A stretch of DNA of 64,000 bases from the human T2T-CHM13v2.0 reference genome, Homo sapiens, in the NCBI RefSeq assembly GCF_009914755.1, contig NC_060934.1; one strand, 5' to 3'. The notes under the pieces are model-generated. The model saw only the letters and a program-made list of their open reading frames with translations. It was not told the origin of the DNA and ran no database searches. Numbering within the stretch: the stretch's first letter is position 1; every line of letters begins with the position of its first letter. A program made the position numbers and the translations under genes. Below, in pieces: positions 16,745 to 36,325 of the stretch.

Positions 16745-16984
16745 TTAAAAGTTCTTAGAAATACTGCGGATTTATTTATTAATAAAGACCTTATTGGTCT
16801 GGGATTTGCTGTAAAATAAGCCAGGGTGGTCTTGGCTGAGCTCAGTTCTCCCTCTGCCCACCCTGTTGCCCTCCACAAGAACCGTAGCTCAGGGCAACTA
16901 AGACAGGGCAAGGGCCCTGGCAGGGGAGGGGTGTCCCGGTCCAACTTGGGACCCAGTTGGGACTGGGTCCCAAGTCCCAATTGT

Positions 16985-17125
16985 GTCCCTGGACACATGA
17001 CTTCTCCCAACCTCCATTTTCTCATCTGAAACATGGGGCTAATAGCAAGCCCTTCTGGAGTAGTCCTGAGCATGTAATTAGAAAATGGAGTAAAACTTCT
17101 AGGACCTAGTAAGAGTCAACTAATG
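16985..17125. mobile_element. MIR remnant
   Basis: MIR core-like CCTCCATTTTCTCATCTGAAACATGGGGCTAATAG. Confidence 0.6.
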
Positions 17126-17401
17126 TGGTTCTCCCGAAGAGCAGAGAACCAGAGCTCAGTGGGGGAGAGGGAATTAGAGAAGTCACCTCCAAGGAAAGGG
17201 CCTGTCACATTTCTGCAGCCCCTGCAGGCATCTACCCCCACCGGGCTCTCATTTGCCTCCAGGCTTTCCAAGGTTCTGGCCACGTGGGAGAAGTAACTTT
17301 CTATTTACTCAGTCTTTTCCCTTAAATAAATTCCATTTTTTACCTGAATAAAGCTTTATAACGCTACCCTTAACAGAAAACTTGGCAGTTTACAAAAAAG
17401 T

Positions 17402-17799
17402 GGCCGGGCACGATGGCTCACGCCTGTAATCCCAGCACTTTGGGAGGCAGAGGCGTGAGAATCGCTTGAGCACAAAAGTTTGAAAATCAATCTGGGCAAC
17501 ATAAGGAGACCCCAACTCTACAAAAAATACAAAAATTTGCCGGGCGTGCTGGAGAGTGCCCGTGGTCCCAGATACTCGGCGGCTGAGGTGGGAGGATCCG
17601 TTGAGCACAGGAGGATCTCGGCAGCGAGCCGAGATCACACCATTGCACTCCAGCCTGGGCAACAAAGTGAGACCCTGTCTCAAAAAATAATACATATTTT
17701 TTTATAGAGACGGGGTAGGTCTCTGGGGCCCAAGCGATCCTCCCACACCTCGGCCTCCCTAAATGCTGGGATTACAGGCGTGAGCCACCTCGCCCGGCC
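17402..17799. mobile_element. AluJ (+, 17402-17690) tail-to-tail with a monomer (-, 17700-17799)
   Basis: A-tail immediately followed by T-tail. Confidence 0.8.
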
Positions 17800-18924
17800 G
17801 ATAATGACTCTAATCTACAGAATGCACACCGGAATGTAATACCTACAAGGGAAAAGATCTTCTTGCTTAGGAATAAAGCAATCTCTCTCTTAATATTCAT
17901 TAAAGTAGTAATGTCTTATTTTATAGTTTATAAATTCTGTGAGAGCAACGAGTCACTTTGCAGGAATAGCACTTAAGGTATCTTTCACCTACCTGGAGAA
18001 CCCAAGAAATTTTCATCTTACTAGGAATTCAGAGACAACCACGTATTTAACTTTTAAAAATATAACTAAGTAGAAAGAATTATATGCGTGTATTTTTGGA
18101 AGAATTAAGATGACTTTTGGGACGGAACGACTGAAAACTACGCTTTCAGAACTCCCTGCCGCCTGAGGCTGTGGCCCTGACCCCGGCGCAGGGCCCGCCC
18201 CGCGCGGTTCCGGGAAGCCGCCGCCGCCGCCCGTTGCCCTTCGCGCGCAGCCGCCAGCGCGCGCCTCGCGTCCCGCCACGCAGATGGCCGGCCCGAGCCC
18301 CCAGCGCCCGCGAGCAGTTTCGAGAACTAAAGAGGCGCGTCAGCTCGTCCCCGGGCCGCCCGCGGGCAATGGCCGAGCTCGGCTCTCCTTCCACCCTCCG
18401 CCGGGACACACGCGGAGCCGAGCGGGGGTCCCAGGCGCCTAGGGGGAGGGGTTCCCGCGCCCGGGGCGGCCTTGGGGGGAGGGCGAGTCGGGTGCCTTGC
18501 TCCTCAAAACCCTGGTCCACGACTCTGCGGTTGGGGGAGCCGGGCAGCCGGCGCAGCAGGAGCCGGGCCCCGTCCACAAGTTTCCTACGAGCAGGGCGGA
18601 ATCGACGAAAATACTTAATACAAACAAACAAAAGGAAAAAAAAAAGGACGACTAAGCTGAAGAGCGCGCACGAGTCAGATTTTCACCCCAAATACAAACA
18701 CGATACCTCTAGGAGCAGGAGACCAATACAGGGACCGCGCTCCGAGGACACGCGGCGCAGCCGAGGAGGAAAAAGGGCCCAGGGCCGAGAGCTAAGGCTA
18801 CGGGAACCGGGCGTGGGAGGAGGGCGGAGCCAACTCCCCACAAGGAAGTCTTGTGCAACTCTCAGGCGCCTGCAGCCACGTGAGCGCGCGGCTTTCATTT
18901 TACTCAGGTATTATTACTATTATT

Positions 18925-19190
18925 ACTTCTTTTGAGACAAGGTCTCATTTCCGTCGCCCGGCTGGAATGCAGTGGCACAATCACTGTCACTGCAGCCTCG
19001 ACCTCAGAGCAAGCGACCCTCCCGCCTCAGCCTCCCGAGTAGCTGGGACAACAGGCGCGCGCCACCACACGTGGCTAATTTTTTTTTCTTTACTTTTCAG
19101 TAGAGACAGTCTATGTTGCCCAGGCTTGTCGGGAACTCCTGGGCTCAAGAGATCCTCCCGGCTGGGCCTCCCACTGCGCCAGGCCTGTTC
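18925..19190 (-). mobile_element. CpG-retaining AluJ inside the CpG island
   Basis: AluJ diagnostics (CACTGCAGCCTCGACCTC, CTCCTGGGCTCAAG). Confidence 0.8.
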
Positions 19191-19279
19191 TCACTTTCAG
19201 AGCCCTCCGGCAGTCGCCAGCTCCCCGCCAGGGGGCCGGACTAACGCACCCGGCCGTCCGTGCCTTCCCCGCGCTTTCC

Positions 19280-19710
19280 TGACTCCAAAATCTCAGCCCG
19301 CGGTGCTCACCGCGTGGGACCACTGTCTGGGCGTGCGGCTCTCGACCTCCGACGCTGCGTCTCCCGATCCCAGTGGGTCCAGTTCTTGCCGGTCCCACGT
19401 ACGGGCCCCTCGACCTCGAATCCCGTCACCCAAATCTCAGCGCCACGGCCCCTCATTATGAGCAGTCCTCGCTCGGTCCCAGGTTTGCGGCGCTTAAACT
19501 CAGATCGCTCTTCCCTGATCCCAAATCCCAGCCCCAGCCCAACGATCCCCACCCCAATAGGCCCAGTCCCCAGGTAGTCCGGGTACGGGGCCCTGGACTT
19601 CGGATAGTCTCCCTAATCTCAAATCCCACCCCCCGTCCCCACCCCCAGGGGGACCCGGTCCCCGCTAGGTCCCGGGTGTGCGGCCTTCGACCTCGGAGAC
19701 TTCGGCCGCC
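19280..19710. repeat. Degenerate GC-rich tandem repeat, about 4 units of ~90-150 bp
   Basis: Recurring (c)caaat(c/t)cagccc-like motif at ~19283, 19430, 19520 and 19618, and recurring tcgacctc-like motif at ~19341, 19410, 19593 and 19687. Confidence 0.6.
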
Positions 19711-20275
19711 CCTCACCTCGGCCTCCGAGTCTCTACACTCCCGCTCTCGTATCAGGCACCCCGGTGGTCCCTTGGAGCACCTAGAGGAGGGTGGGACGCG
19801 GGGAACTTGGCAGTTGTAGCAGAGGCAGTTGAGGCTTGTTGACCATCACCATGGAAACCCCCGCCTGCGAGCACGGGGCGGAGCCTACGAGGGGCGGGGT
19901 CAGGCGCGCTGCCGGCCCCAATCCTCAGCGCCTGCCCGTCGAGCGCACGCGGCTTTGCCGGAAGCCCTCCTGCTCCCGGCGAGCCAGGCCCCGACTAGGC
20001 CCTACTGCCCGGCTCAGCCCTTTGCCCTGGACACCAGGAAACAGAAGCCCAAGGAGCCCGCGTCCCCACCCCCTGCTACCTGCCGGCGTGACAGCGATTC
20101 GGTGGCCCCCCGAACCCCACCTTGAGGAAGACGCGGCGCAGTCCTGCTTCCACGACGGAGCCGGAAGGACGCAAGGACCGCGGCAGGGCGGAGTTTCTGC
20201 GTCCGGCGTCCGGGGGCGGGGCCGCGACGGCGCATTGTGACGCGCCAGAGCTGAGCCGCCGGTTGGCCGGCTGGG
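19510..20275 (-). repeat. Inverted paralogous segment, copy A (pairs with 49741-50318)
   Basis: Exact reverse-complement blocks: 20205-20229 = 49774-49798 (25 bp), 19832-19847 = 50076-50091, 19703-19725 = 50190-50212 (23 bp), 19513-19535 = 50294-50316 (23 bp), all collinear. Confidence 0.95.
19717..19850 (-). other. HNRNPF: HNRNPF distal first exon (TSS approximate)
   Basis: Strong donor CCGAG|gtgagg at 19717/19716 directly downstream of a GC-box/X-box core promoter; followed by intronic G-runs. Confidence 0.7.
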
Positions 20276-20534
20276 CGCGGAGCAGAGCCGACACGGCTGG
20301 CGGGGGAGGCGGTGGAGGCGGACAAGCGAGGACGTTTCTGGAGAGGAGAAGGGAGGGGAGGGGAGGGGATAGGGGGAGGGGGAGGAGGAGGAGGGAGTGG
20401 AGCGGCGGGAAAGATCCCTCTGACTGCCCCTGAGGCCCTGGAGGAAGGACACTGGTGAGCTCCGCAGGACACTGAAATGTGCGCCGAAAGGACGCCTGAT
20501 TGAAGACTAGGATGGGAAAAGGAAATGAGAGCCG

Positions 20535-21008
20535 ATGGCAGGGCGTGGTGGCGCAAGCCTGTGGTCCCAGTAATTTGGGAGGCTAAGGCGGGAGAATCGC
20601 TTGAGCCCGGGAGGTCGAGGCTGCAGTGATCCGTGACTGCTCCATTGCGTCCAGCCTGGGCGACAGAGCGAGGCGCTGTCTCAAAAAATAAAATAAGGAA
20701 AGTAGTACACTGAAGGCCGGGCGCGGTGGCTCACGCCTGTAATCCCACCACTTTGGGAGGCCGAGGCGGACGGATCAGGCGGTCGGGAAATCGAGACCAT
20801 CCTGGCCAACATAGTGAAACCCCTACTAAAATACAAAAAAATTAGCCAGGCGTGGTGGCGCGCGCTTGTAGTCCCAGCCACTCGGGTGGCTGAGGCAGGG
20901 GAATCGCTTGAACCCGGGAGGCGGAGCTTGCGTGAGCCGAGATCGCGCCACTGCACTCCAGCCTAGCGACAGAGCGAGACTACGTCTCAAAGAAAAAAAA
21001 AAAAAAAA
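20535..21008 (+). mobile_element. FRAM/right monomer (20535-20700) and full Alu (20715-21008)
   Basis: Alu consensus; TSD GTACACTGA around the full Alu. Confidence 0.85.
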
Positions 21009-21364
21009 GGTACACTGAGTACTCCGGAGACCGCCTAAAGGGGTCTCAGAGCAGGGCGTTAGGAGGGATTTGTCAGGTTGAAGTTGCTCAGGTGATAAAT
21101 TCCGTGGTGTGAGAAGCCCCCAAACCTCAGAATGTAACTCAGACCCAGGTCGAGGGCAAGATTTTCAGTCACAGAGCACCTGAACACACAGATTTGGTGG
21201 CTAATGGCTAAGCCAGGGACAGATTTTCTTTCTTTTCTTTTTTTTTTTGATGTATTGTAGGGCTAATAATTGTAACCATTTTATTTTGGTGGATCTTCTT
21301 CATGAAGAGATGATGTCAAGGCACTCATCACAGGTTAAGCTGAACATTGTTACTATTGTTATTA

Positions 21365-22865
<1,501 letters not shown>

Positions 22866-23344
22866 GCCTCTAAGCTAAGTGGACCTTTGATCCCCTCACT
22901 CAAATTTGACAGTTCTCCATTATTCATAAATGAGGTAATAGTTGTTGGAGACGGTCTTCTCTGAATGCAAGACTAGTACTTTGGCCTGATTATTGAACTT
23001 CCTGCCGTCCTAAGGAGTCATCCCAGGTGTCCACTCTATCTTTTTCAGCATTGAGTACCAGCACAGTCACATGTAGGCTTTATCCCACAGTGAAGACTTG
23101 GCATCACTCAGAATGATGCCACAGGTCCTAGGCCTTTTCCACACTGGGCTCACTTCACCAACTCGCAAATGCTCATCCACACCTGGTCCACCTGGACTAC
23201 CTCCTTATCTGTAGCCCTTTCACCTCTGTGTCCATAGAAATGTCTTACCTAAGCTCTGAAATCTAAACATTCAGAGAGCACCTTGATGCTTGAGAGCATC
23301 TACACAGAGATGAACCTTTAAGATCTATGGTTTAAAACAATTGA

Positions 23345-24059
<715 letters not shown>

Positions 24060-24289
24060 AATATTGTCAGTTTTAAAAAATAAGTTCCCCTCTAGACACT
24101 ACTTATCCATACAATTGGTTACAGGTTTGGAGCGTTACAGAGGTTTTTAAATCTTCTACTCAGTAGTTCTTGAAAAATCACCTTACCTATTAAGCTGAGA
24201 TTCCCCCTTCCCGCAAGACGGTGCCATTAAGTAGGCAGGGATCACCAAGGTTCAGAGATGTCTCTTGCTCAAAAATCATAGTATCTGTT

Positions 24290-24510
24290 AAATAGCAATA
24301 ACCGTAGCTAACACATACTGCATTCTCACTATGCTTTGTGCTATTCTACTTAATCCCACTGAAACCTGGTAACAACCCTGCAGTAGATACTACCACCATT
24401 TGGCGGAAAGAAACTGAGTCACCCAGCTTCTAGATGGCTGAGCTGGAAGTTGTATGGAGGCTGGAGGCCCCATCTGATTCCAGGGTCCGTTCTCAACTAC
24501 TGCAATCTAG
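24290..24510. mobile_element. MIR remnant
   Basis: AACAACCCTGCAGTAGATACTACC...GAAAGAAACTGAG motif. Confidence 0.5.
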
Positions 24511-24752
24511 ATCCTAGCGAGAAACGGGCTTTTCAGGCTGTCTCCTCCCTTTCCCATCTGAGAGGAGAATGAAGGAAGTGAGAAAGCCAACTGACCTGTC
24601 TAGTCAGTATAGGCCCTGTCTAAATGTCACTTTTCTCCTTGAAGCGAGGTGCTCTAGGAGGCAGAGATAACCCAGGTGGGAAGAGGCACATTCGGCAGTG
24701 ACAGCCTTGTCTGGTTAATTTTTATGACCAATATAGAAAAGTGCAACTTTGA

Positions 24753-25060
<308 letters not shown>

Positions 25061-25404
25061 GTGCAACTTTGAAGCTGCTCTGATACTCACTGAAGTGAGC
25101 TACCACCAGGAAGGCTGGATCCCTAGGTTATTTGCAATTCTTTCAGAGAACTTGACAGTTCTTTCAAATAGCACTTTTTACTGTGTATTAAATAGTGAAA
25201 GAAGGATTATGGGATACCTGAGCTTGCTGGTTACTTGCTTGAATTGGTTTCTTTGCCCAATAAAGGACCACAGCTTGATTAGGTGGTAGTGGCCAGTGTT
25301 GGTGGAGTGGCTGCCCTTACTTTGCCCATTTCCCCAGCAGGCCAAGCAAGCAACTGAGGGACTCACTTGGATGTTAGTAAGCTAAGTTCTAGCTCTTTCT
25401 TCAC

Positions 25405-25999
<595 letters not shown>

Positions 26000-26307
26000 A
26001 GCTCTTTTTTCATTCTAAGTCATCATCTTTTAGTCTGATCATGAGTTTTCCTACCAAAAACTGTGTACAGTTAGATGCCTTCAGCTCTATGGAGCCTCAG
26101 AAGAGTCAGAAAACTTCATTTGGATCAAAATGTGCAAGGGACAGGACAGCATGCACCTTCTCTTTCTCTCTGCCTTTCTTTTTCTCCTATTAACTTACAT
26201 TTAAAAAAAAATTATGGAATATTTGAAACATACAGAAAATTATAGATATATAACAAATTTAACAGACATTTTGCTCTTTTATTGTTTTTGGACAAAAGAT
26301 AACAGAT

Positions 26308-28200
<1,893 letters not shown>

Positions 28201-28246
28201 TTAAAAAGCATTACTGTAAATATATTTTTTTACTTTGGTAACTCAA

Positions 28247-28429
28247 ACCATTCAGCCTGTGTCCTCTCCCTCTCATTCCCCCACGGAGGAGAAGAAACCT
28301 CAATGGCGAAAGCAACACCAAGCGCCGGCTTCACACTCAGGAGAAAACTGCACCTCCTGTCGTTTCCGGGGGCTCTACACTTTCACAGAAAGTACTCTAG
28401 TAGCAGACTATAGAAATGATCCCTGAAAG
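28247..28429 (-). pseudogene. U3 snoRNA (SNORD3) pseudogene
   Basis: Reverse complement reads CTTTCAGGGATCATTTCTATAG...TTTTCTCCTGAGTGTGAAGCCGGC...GAGAGGGAGAGGACACAGGCTGAATGGT, collinear with U3; first ~9 nt missing, boxes C' and C degenerate. Confidence 0.9.
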
Positions 28430-28465
28430 CCGCCTAATTTTTGAATGATAAAATATTTCTAAATT

Positions 28466-28921
<456 letters not shown>

Positions 28922-29009
28922 TTATATAGTCAGTGGGGAGTATTGAAGTTTCAGGATCAGAGATTTAATAAAATTTGTGGCCCTTTAGGTAAATATCTTT
29001 AAAGAATAT

Positions 29010-31290
<2,281 letters not shown>

Positions 31291-31339
31291 TTCCCAGTTT
31301 AACTGTGGTTAAAACTGGTGTGTGAAGGCAATGAGAGAG

Positions 31340-32150
31340 ACCCGCGAAAAATGAGAAACAAGGGTTAGGGCTGACGTCTTTTGCGGACAAAGAAAAAGAA
31401 ACCAAAGTTTCCTCAGAAAACTTAAGTTGCCTCACAGCCGCCTGGTATCAGGAAACACTGAGCCCGCCCAACGCGGGATCCTCCAGGGGCAGGCCGCCTG
31501 AGGCCCACCCGGAGCAGGCGGGGCGGCCGCAGGACCACGTGGCCCAGAGCGCCCTTCCAGCGCTGCCGGCGGCGGTGGGGGTGCCGGGCGCGCCTGCTGC
31601 GCGGGGCGGGACGCGGACTCCCAGGCTCTGCGGAGAGCGGCTGCCACTCGCCTGTTTTTTTCTTGAGACCTAGTCTGGCTCTGTGGCTCAGGCTGGAGTG
31701 CAGTGGCGTGATCACCGCTCACTGCAGCCTCAGCCTCCTCTCGCCTCAGCCGCTCGGTAGCTGGGACCACCAGCGGGCGCCACCACTCCCGGCTACATTT
31801 TTTTGTATTTTTAGTAGAGACGTGGGTCTCGCCATGTTGGCTAGGCTGCTGCCGAACTCCGGGGCTCAAGCGATCCGCCCGCCTGGGCCTCCCAAAGTGC
31901 TGAGACTGCAGGCATGAGCCACCGCGCCCGGCCGAGAGCCTCTTTTGGCTCCTCCTTTCGCCTTTCCGGGGCCAGGCGTGTGCAGCTCTGTGAAGGGTCC
32001 CCTCCCTCTGCGGGACGTCCTCGCTGCCGAGGTCAGAGGCGCGGAGAACATGAGACCCGAGGTGCGTTCCAGCATGTTCCTGCAGCCCTCCACTCCCGCG
32101 GTTGCGTAACGTCAGATCCCTGAAACACATCGCACATACACGTGACTGGT
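31340..32150. promoter_or_regulatory. CpG island with no obvious gene, promoter- or enhancer-like
   Basis: CpG-dense; CRE-like TGACGTC at ~31373 and AACGTCA at ~32108, E-box CACGTGAC at ~32138, GC boxes, + strand donor CCGAG|gtgcgt at 32061/2. Confidence 0.7.
31655..31933 (-). mobile_element. CpG-rich AluJ within the orphan CpG island
   Basis: Diverged Alu that still carries many CpGs. Confidence 0.8.
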
Positions 32151-32812
32151 GGTTTCTCCCTTTAACCCTGATAGATACAGGAGTCCACTAACAGAGATAA
32201 GGAATTGTACCATGTACTCCATGCTTCAATAACTGGGTGCTTAGAGACAAGCCTGAGTTCTTACTGCCATCCTAACACCCGCAGCAGAGGTTAACCTACT
32301 ATCGGACAAGTGGTCAACTTTTCTGCCTTCGGGAAGACTTGGGGCTGGGCTGAGAGAGATAATCTAGAACTTTTATAGTGATCCCGTGTACATTTCCCTA
32401 GAATGATGGATTAGGGTATAGTGATTAAATATATAATGTATACTTTAATATACATTAAAAAGTTCCGGAAGGATGTACTTCAAAATGTTATCAGTGGTTT
32501 CTTCCATTTTTCCCGTTTGGAATATTGGAACAACCGACTATGTTATTTTAGCCCTTTCTCCTTCCTTCATTGCTTCTCCAAATTCAGGGGCCTCATTGGA
32601 GCAAACTTGTTTGCAGGTCATCTGGGCACCCTCTTGAAATAAATCGTCTCTCTTTGCTCTTACAGGTCTCAACTGCTTCTTACCAATATTAATTCCAGTG
32701 ACTACTATCAGAATATGATGAGCAATCCACTCATCAGAGAAGCTGTTTCTACACTCTCCTGAATGACCATTTTATAGATGCTGGGAAAAAATTGTATTAA
32801 AGACTATGAGTT

Positions 32813-33500
<688 letters not shown>

Positions 33501-33564
33501 GAGAACACTTAGAAAGGAACATGCTATAGCAAACTAAAATTATAGATGTCAAAAATTTAATCTG

Positions 33565-36325
33565 GATTACCCAGCATCTCCTATAAGAAACAAAGGGGCC
33601 CTCTCCCTCTCCCTCTCCCTCTCCCTCTCCCTCTCCCTCTCCCTCTCCCTCTCCCTCCCCCTCCCTCTCCCTCTCCCTCTCCCTCTACCTCCACGGTCTC
33701 CCTCTGATGCCGAGCCAAGGCTGGACGGTACTGCTGCCATCTCGGCTCACTGCAACCTCCCTGCCTGATTCTCCTGCCTCAGCCTGCCGAGTGCCTGCGA
33801 TTGCAGGCGCGCACCGCCACGCCTGACTGGTTTTCGTTTTTTTTTGGTGGAGACGGGGTTTCGCTGTGTTGGCCGGGCTGGTCTCCAGCTCCTAGCCGCG
33901 AGTGATCCGCCAGCCTCGGCCTCCCGAGGTGCCGGGATTGCAGATGGAGTCTCGTTCACTCAGTGCTCAATGGTGCCCAGGCTGGAGTGCAGTGGCGTGA
34001 TCTCGGCTCGCTGCAACCACCTCCCAGCCGCCTGCCTTGGCCTCCCGGAGAGCCGAGATTGCAGCCTCTGCCCGGCCGCCACCCCGTCTGGGAAGTGAGG
34101 AGCGTCTCTGCTTGGCCACCCATCGTCTGGGATGTGAGGAGCCCCTCTGCCTGGCTGCCCAGTCTGGAAAGTGAGGAGCGTCTCTGCCCGGCTGCCATCC
34201 CATCTGGGAAGCGAGGAGCGCCTCTTCCCCGCCGCCATCCCATCTAGGAAGTGAGGAGCGTCTCTGCCCGGCCGCCCATCGTCTGAGATGTGGGGAGCAC
34301 CTCTGCCCCGCCGCCCTGTCTGGGATGTGAGGAGCGCCTCTGCTGGGCCGCAGCCCTGTCTGGGAGGTGGGGAGCGTCTCTGCCCGGCCGCTCCGTCTGA
34401 GAAGTGAGGAAACCCTCTGCCTGGCAACCGCCCCGTCTGAGAAGTGAGGAGCCCCTCCGTCCGGCAACCACCCCGTCTGGGAAGTGAGGAGCGTCTCCGC
34501 CCAGCAGCCACCCCGTCCGGGAGGGAGGTGGGGGGGGTCAGCCCCCCGCCCGGCCAGCCGCCCCGTCCGGGAGGTGAGGGGCTCCTCTGCCCGGCCGCCC
34601 CTACTGGGAAGTGAGGAGCCCCTCTGCCTGGCCAGCCGCCCCATCCGGGAGGGAGGCGGGGGGGGGTCGGCCAGCCGCCCCGTCCGGGAGGGAGGTGGGG
34701 GGGTCAGCCCCCCGCCCGGCCAGCCGCCCCGTCCGGGAGGTGAGGGGCTCCTCTGCCCGGCCGCCCCTACTGGGAAGTGAGGAGCCCCTCTGCCCGGCCA
34801 GACGCCCCGTCCAGGAGGGAGGTGGGGGGGTCAGCCCCCCGCCCGGCCAGCCGCCCAGTCCGGGAGGGAGGTGGGGGGTCAGCCCCCCGCCCGGCCAGCC
34901 GCCCCGTCTGGGAGGGAGGTGGGGGGATCAGCCCCCCGCCTGGCCAGCCGCCCCATCCGGGAGGTGAGGGGCGCCTCTGCCCGGCCGCCCCTACTGGGAA
35001 GTGAGGAGCCCTTCTGCCCGGCCAGCCGCCCCGCCCGGGAGGGAGGTGGGGGGGTCATCCCCCCACCTGGCCAGCCGCCCCATCTGGGAGGGAGGTGGGG
35101 GGGTCAGCCCCCCGCCCGGCCAGCCGCCCCGTCCGGGAGGGGGGAGGGGGGGTCAGCCCCCTGCCCGGCCAGCCGCCCCGTCCGGGAGGGAGGTGGGGGG
35201 GGTCAGCCCCCCACCTGGCCAGCCGCCCCGTCCGGGAGGGAGGTGGGGGGATCAGCCCCCCGCCTGGCCAGTCGCCCCGTCCGGGAGGTGAGGGGCGCCT
35301 CTGCCCGGCCGCCCCTACTGGAAAGTGAGGAGCCCCTCTGCCCGGCCAGCCGCCCCGTCCGGGAGGGAGGCGGGGGGGGGGGGGGGGGTCGGCCAGCCGC
35401 CCCGTCCGGGAGGGAGGTGGGGGGGGGTCAGCCCCCCTTCCGGCCGGCCGCCCCGTCCGGGAGGTGAGGGGCGCCTCTGCCCGGCCGCCCCTACTGGGAA
35501 GTGAGGACCCCTCTCCCCGGCCAGCCGCCCCATCCGGGAGGGAGGTCGGGGGGACAGCCCCCCGCCCAGCCAGCCGCCCTATCCAGGAGGTGAGGGGCGC
35601 CTCTGCCCGGCCGTCCCTACTGGGAAGTGAGGAGCCCCTCTGCCTGGCCAGCCGCCCCGTCCGGGAGGGTGGTGGGGGGGTCAGCCCCCCGCCCGGCCAG
35701 CCGCCCCATCCGGGAGGTGAGGGGCGCTTCTGCCCGGCCGCCCCTACTGGGAAGTGAGGGGCCCCTCTGCCCGGCCACGACCCCGTCTGGGAGGTGTGCC
35801 CAGCGGCTCATTGGGGATGGGCCATGATGACAATGGCGGTTTTGTGGAATAGAAAGGCGGGAAGGGTGGGGAAAAAATTGAGAAATCGGATGGTTGCCGG
35901 GTCTCTGTGGATAGAAGTAGACATGGGAGACTTTTCATTTTGTTCTGTACTAAGAAAAATTCTTCTGCCTTGGGATCCTGTTGATCTGTGACCTTATCCC
36001 CAACCCTGTGCTCTCTGAAACATGTGCTGTGTCCACTCAGGGTTAAATGGATTAAGGGCGGTGCAAGATGTGCTTTGTTAAACAGATGCTTGAAGGCAGC
36101 ATGCTCGTTAAGAGTCATCACCACTCCCTAATCTTAAGTACCCAGGGACACAAACACTGCGGAAGGCCAAGGCCGCAGGGTCCTCTGCCTAGGAAAACCA
36201 GAGACCTTTGTTCACTTGTTTATCTGCTGACCTTCCCTCCACTATTGTCCTATGACCCTGCCAAATCCCCCTCTGCGAGAAACACCCAAGAATGATCAAT
36301 AAAAAAAAAATAAATTAATTAAAAA
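33565..36325 (+). mobile_element. Full-length young SVA retrotransposon (SVA_E-like) with short 5' transduction
   Basis: (CCCTCT)n at 33599-33690, antisense Alu-like domain, long GC-rich VNTR (~34070-35790), SINE-R, AATAAA plus poly(A); TSD AAAAATTTAATCTG at 33551-33564 and 36326-36339. Confidence 0.95.

Larger units (their letters stand above)
18120..20480. promoter_or_regulatory. Large CpG island, HNRNPF distal promoter region (possibly bidirectional)
   Basis: CpG-dense; GC boxes, CCAAT at ~18723, E-box CACGTG at ~18877, X-box-like GTTTCCATGGTGA on the minus strand at 19846-19858, CCGGAAG ETS sites. Confidence 0.85.

Noticed and set aside
18013-20556. ORFs of 254, 202, 180 and 175 aa
   Set aside because: Open in many frames because of GC content; some run into Alu; no protein family resemblance
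34070-35790. Regularly spaced repeats resembling a CRISPR-like array
   Set aside because: Eukaryotic SVA VNTR; no unique spacers and no cas genes
33747-36295. Overlapping Pro/Gly/Arg-rich ORFs up to 225 aa
   Set aside because: SVA VNTR and SINE-R; stop-poor because of GC-rich tandem repeats
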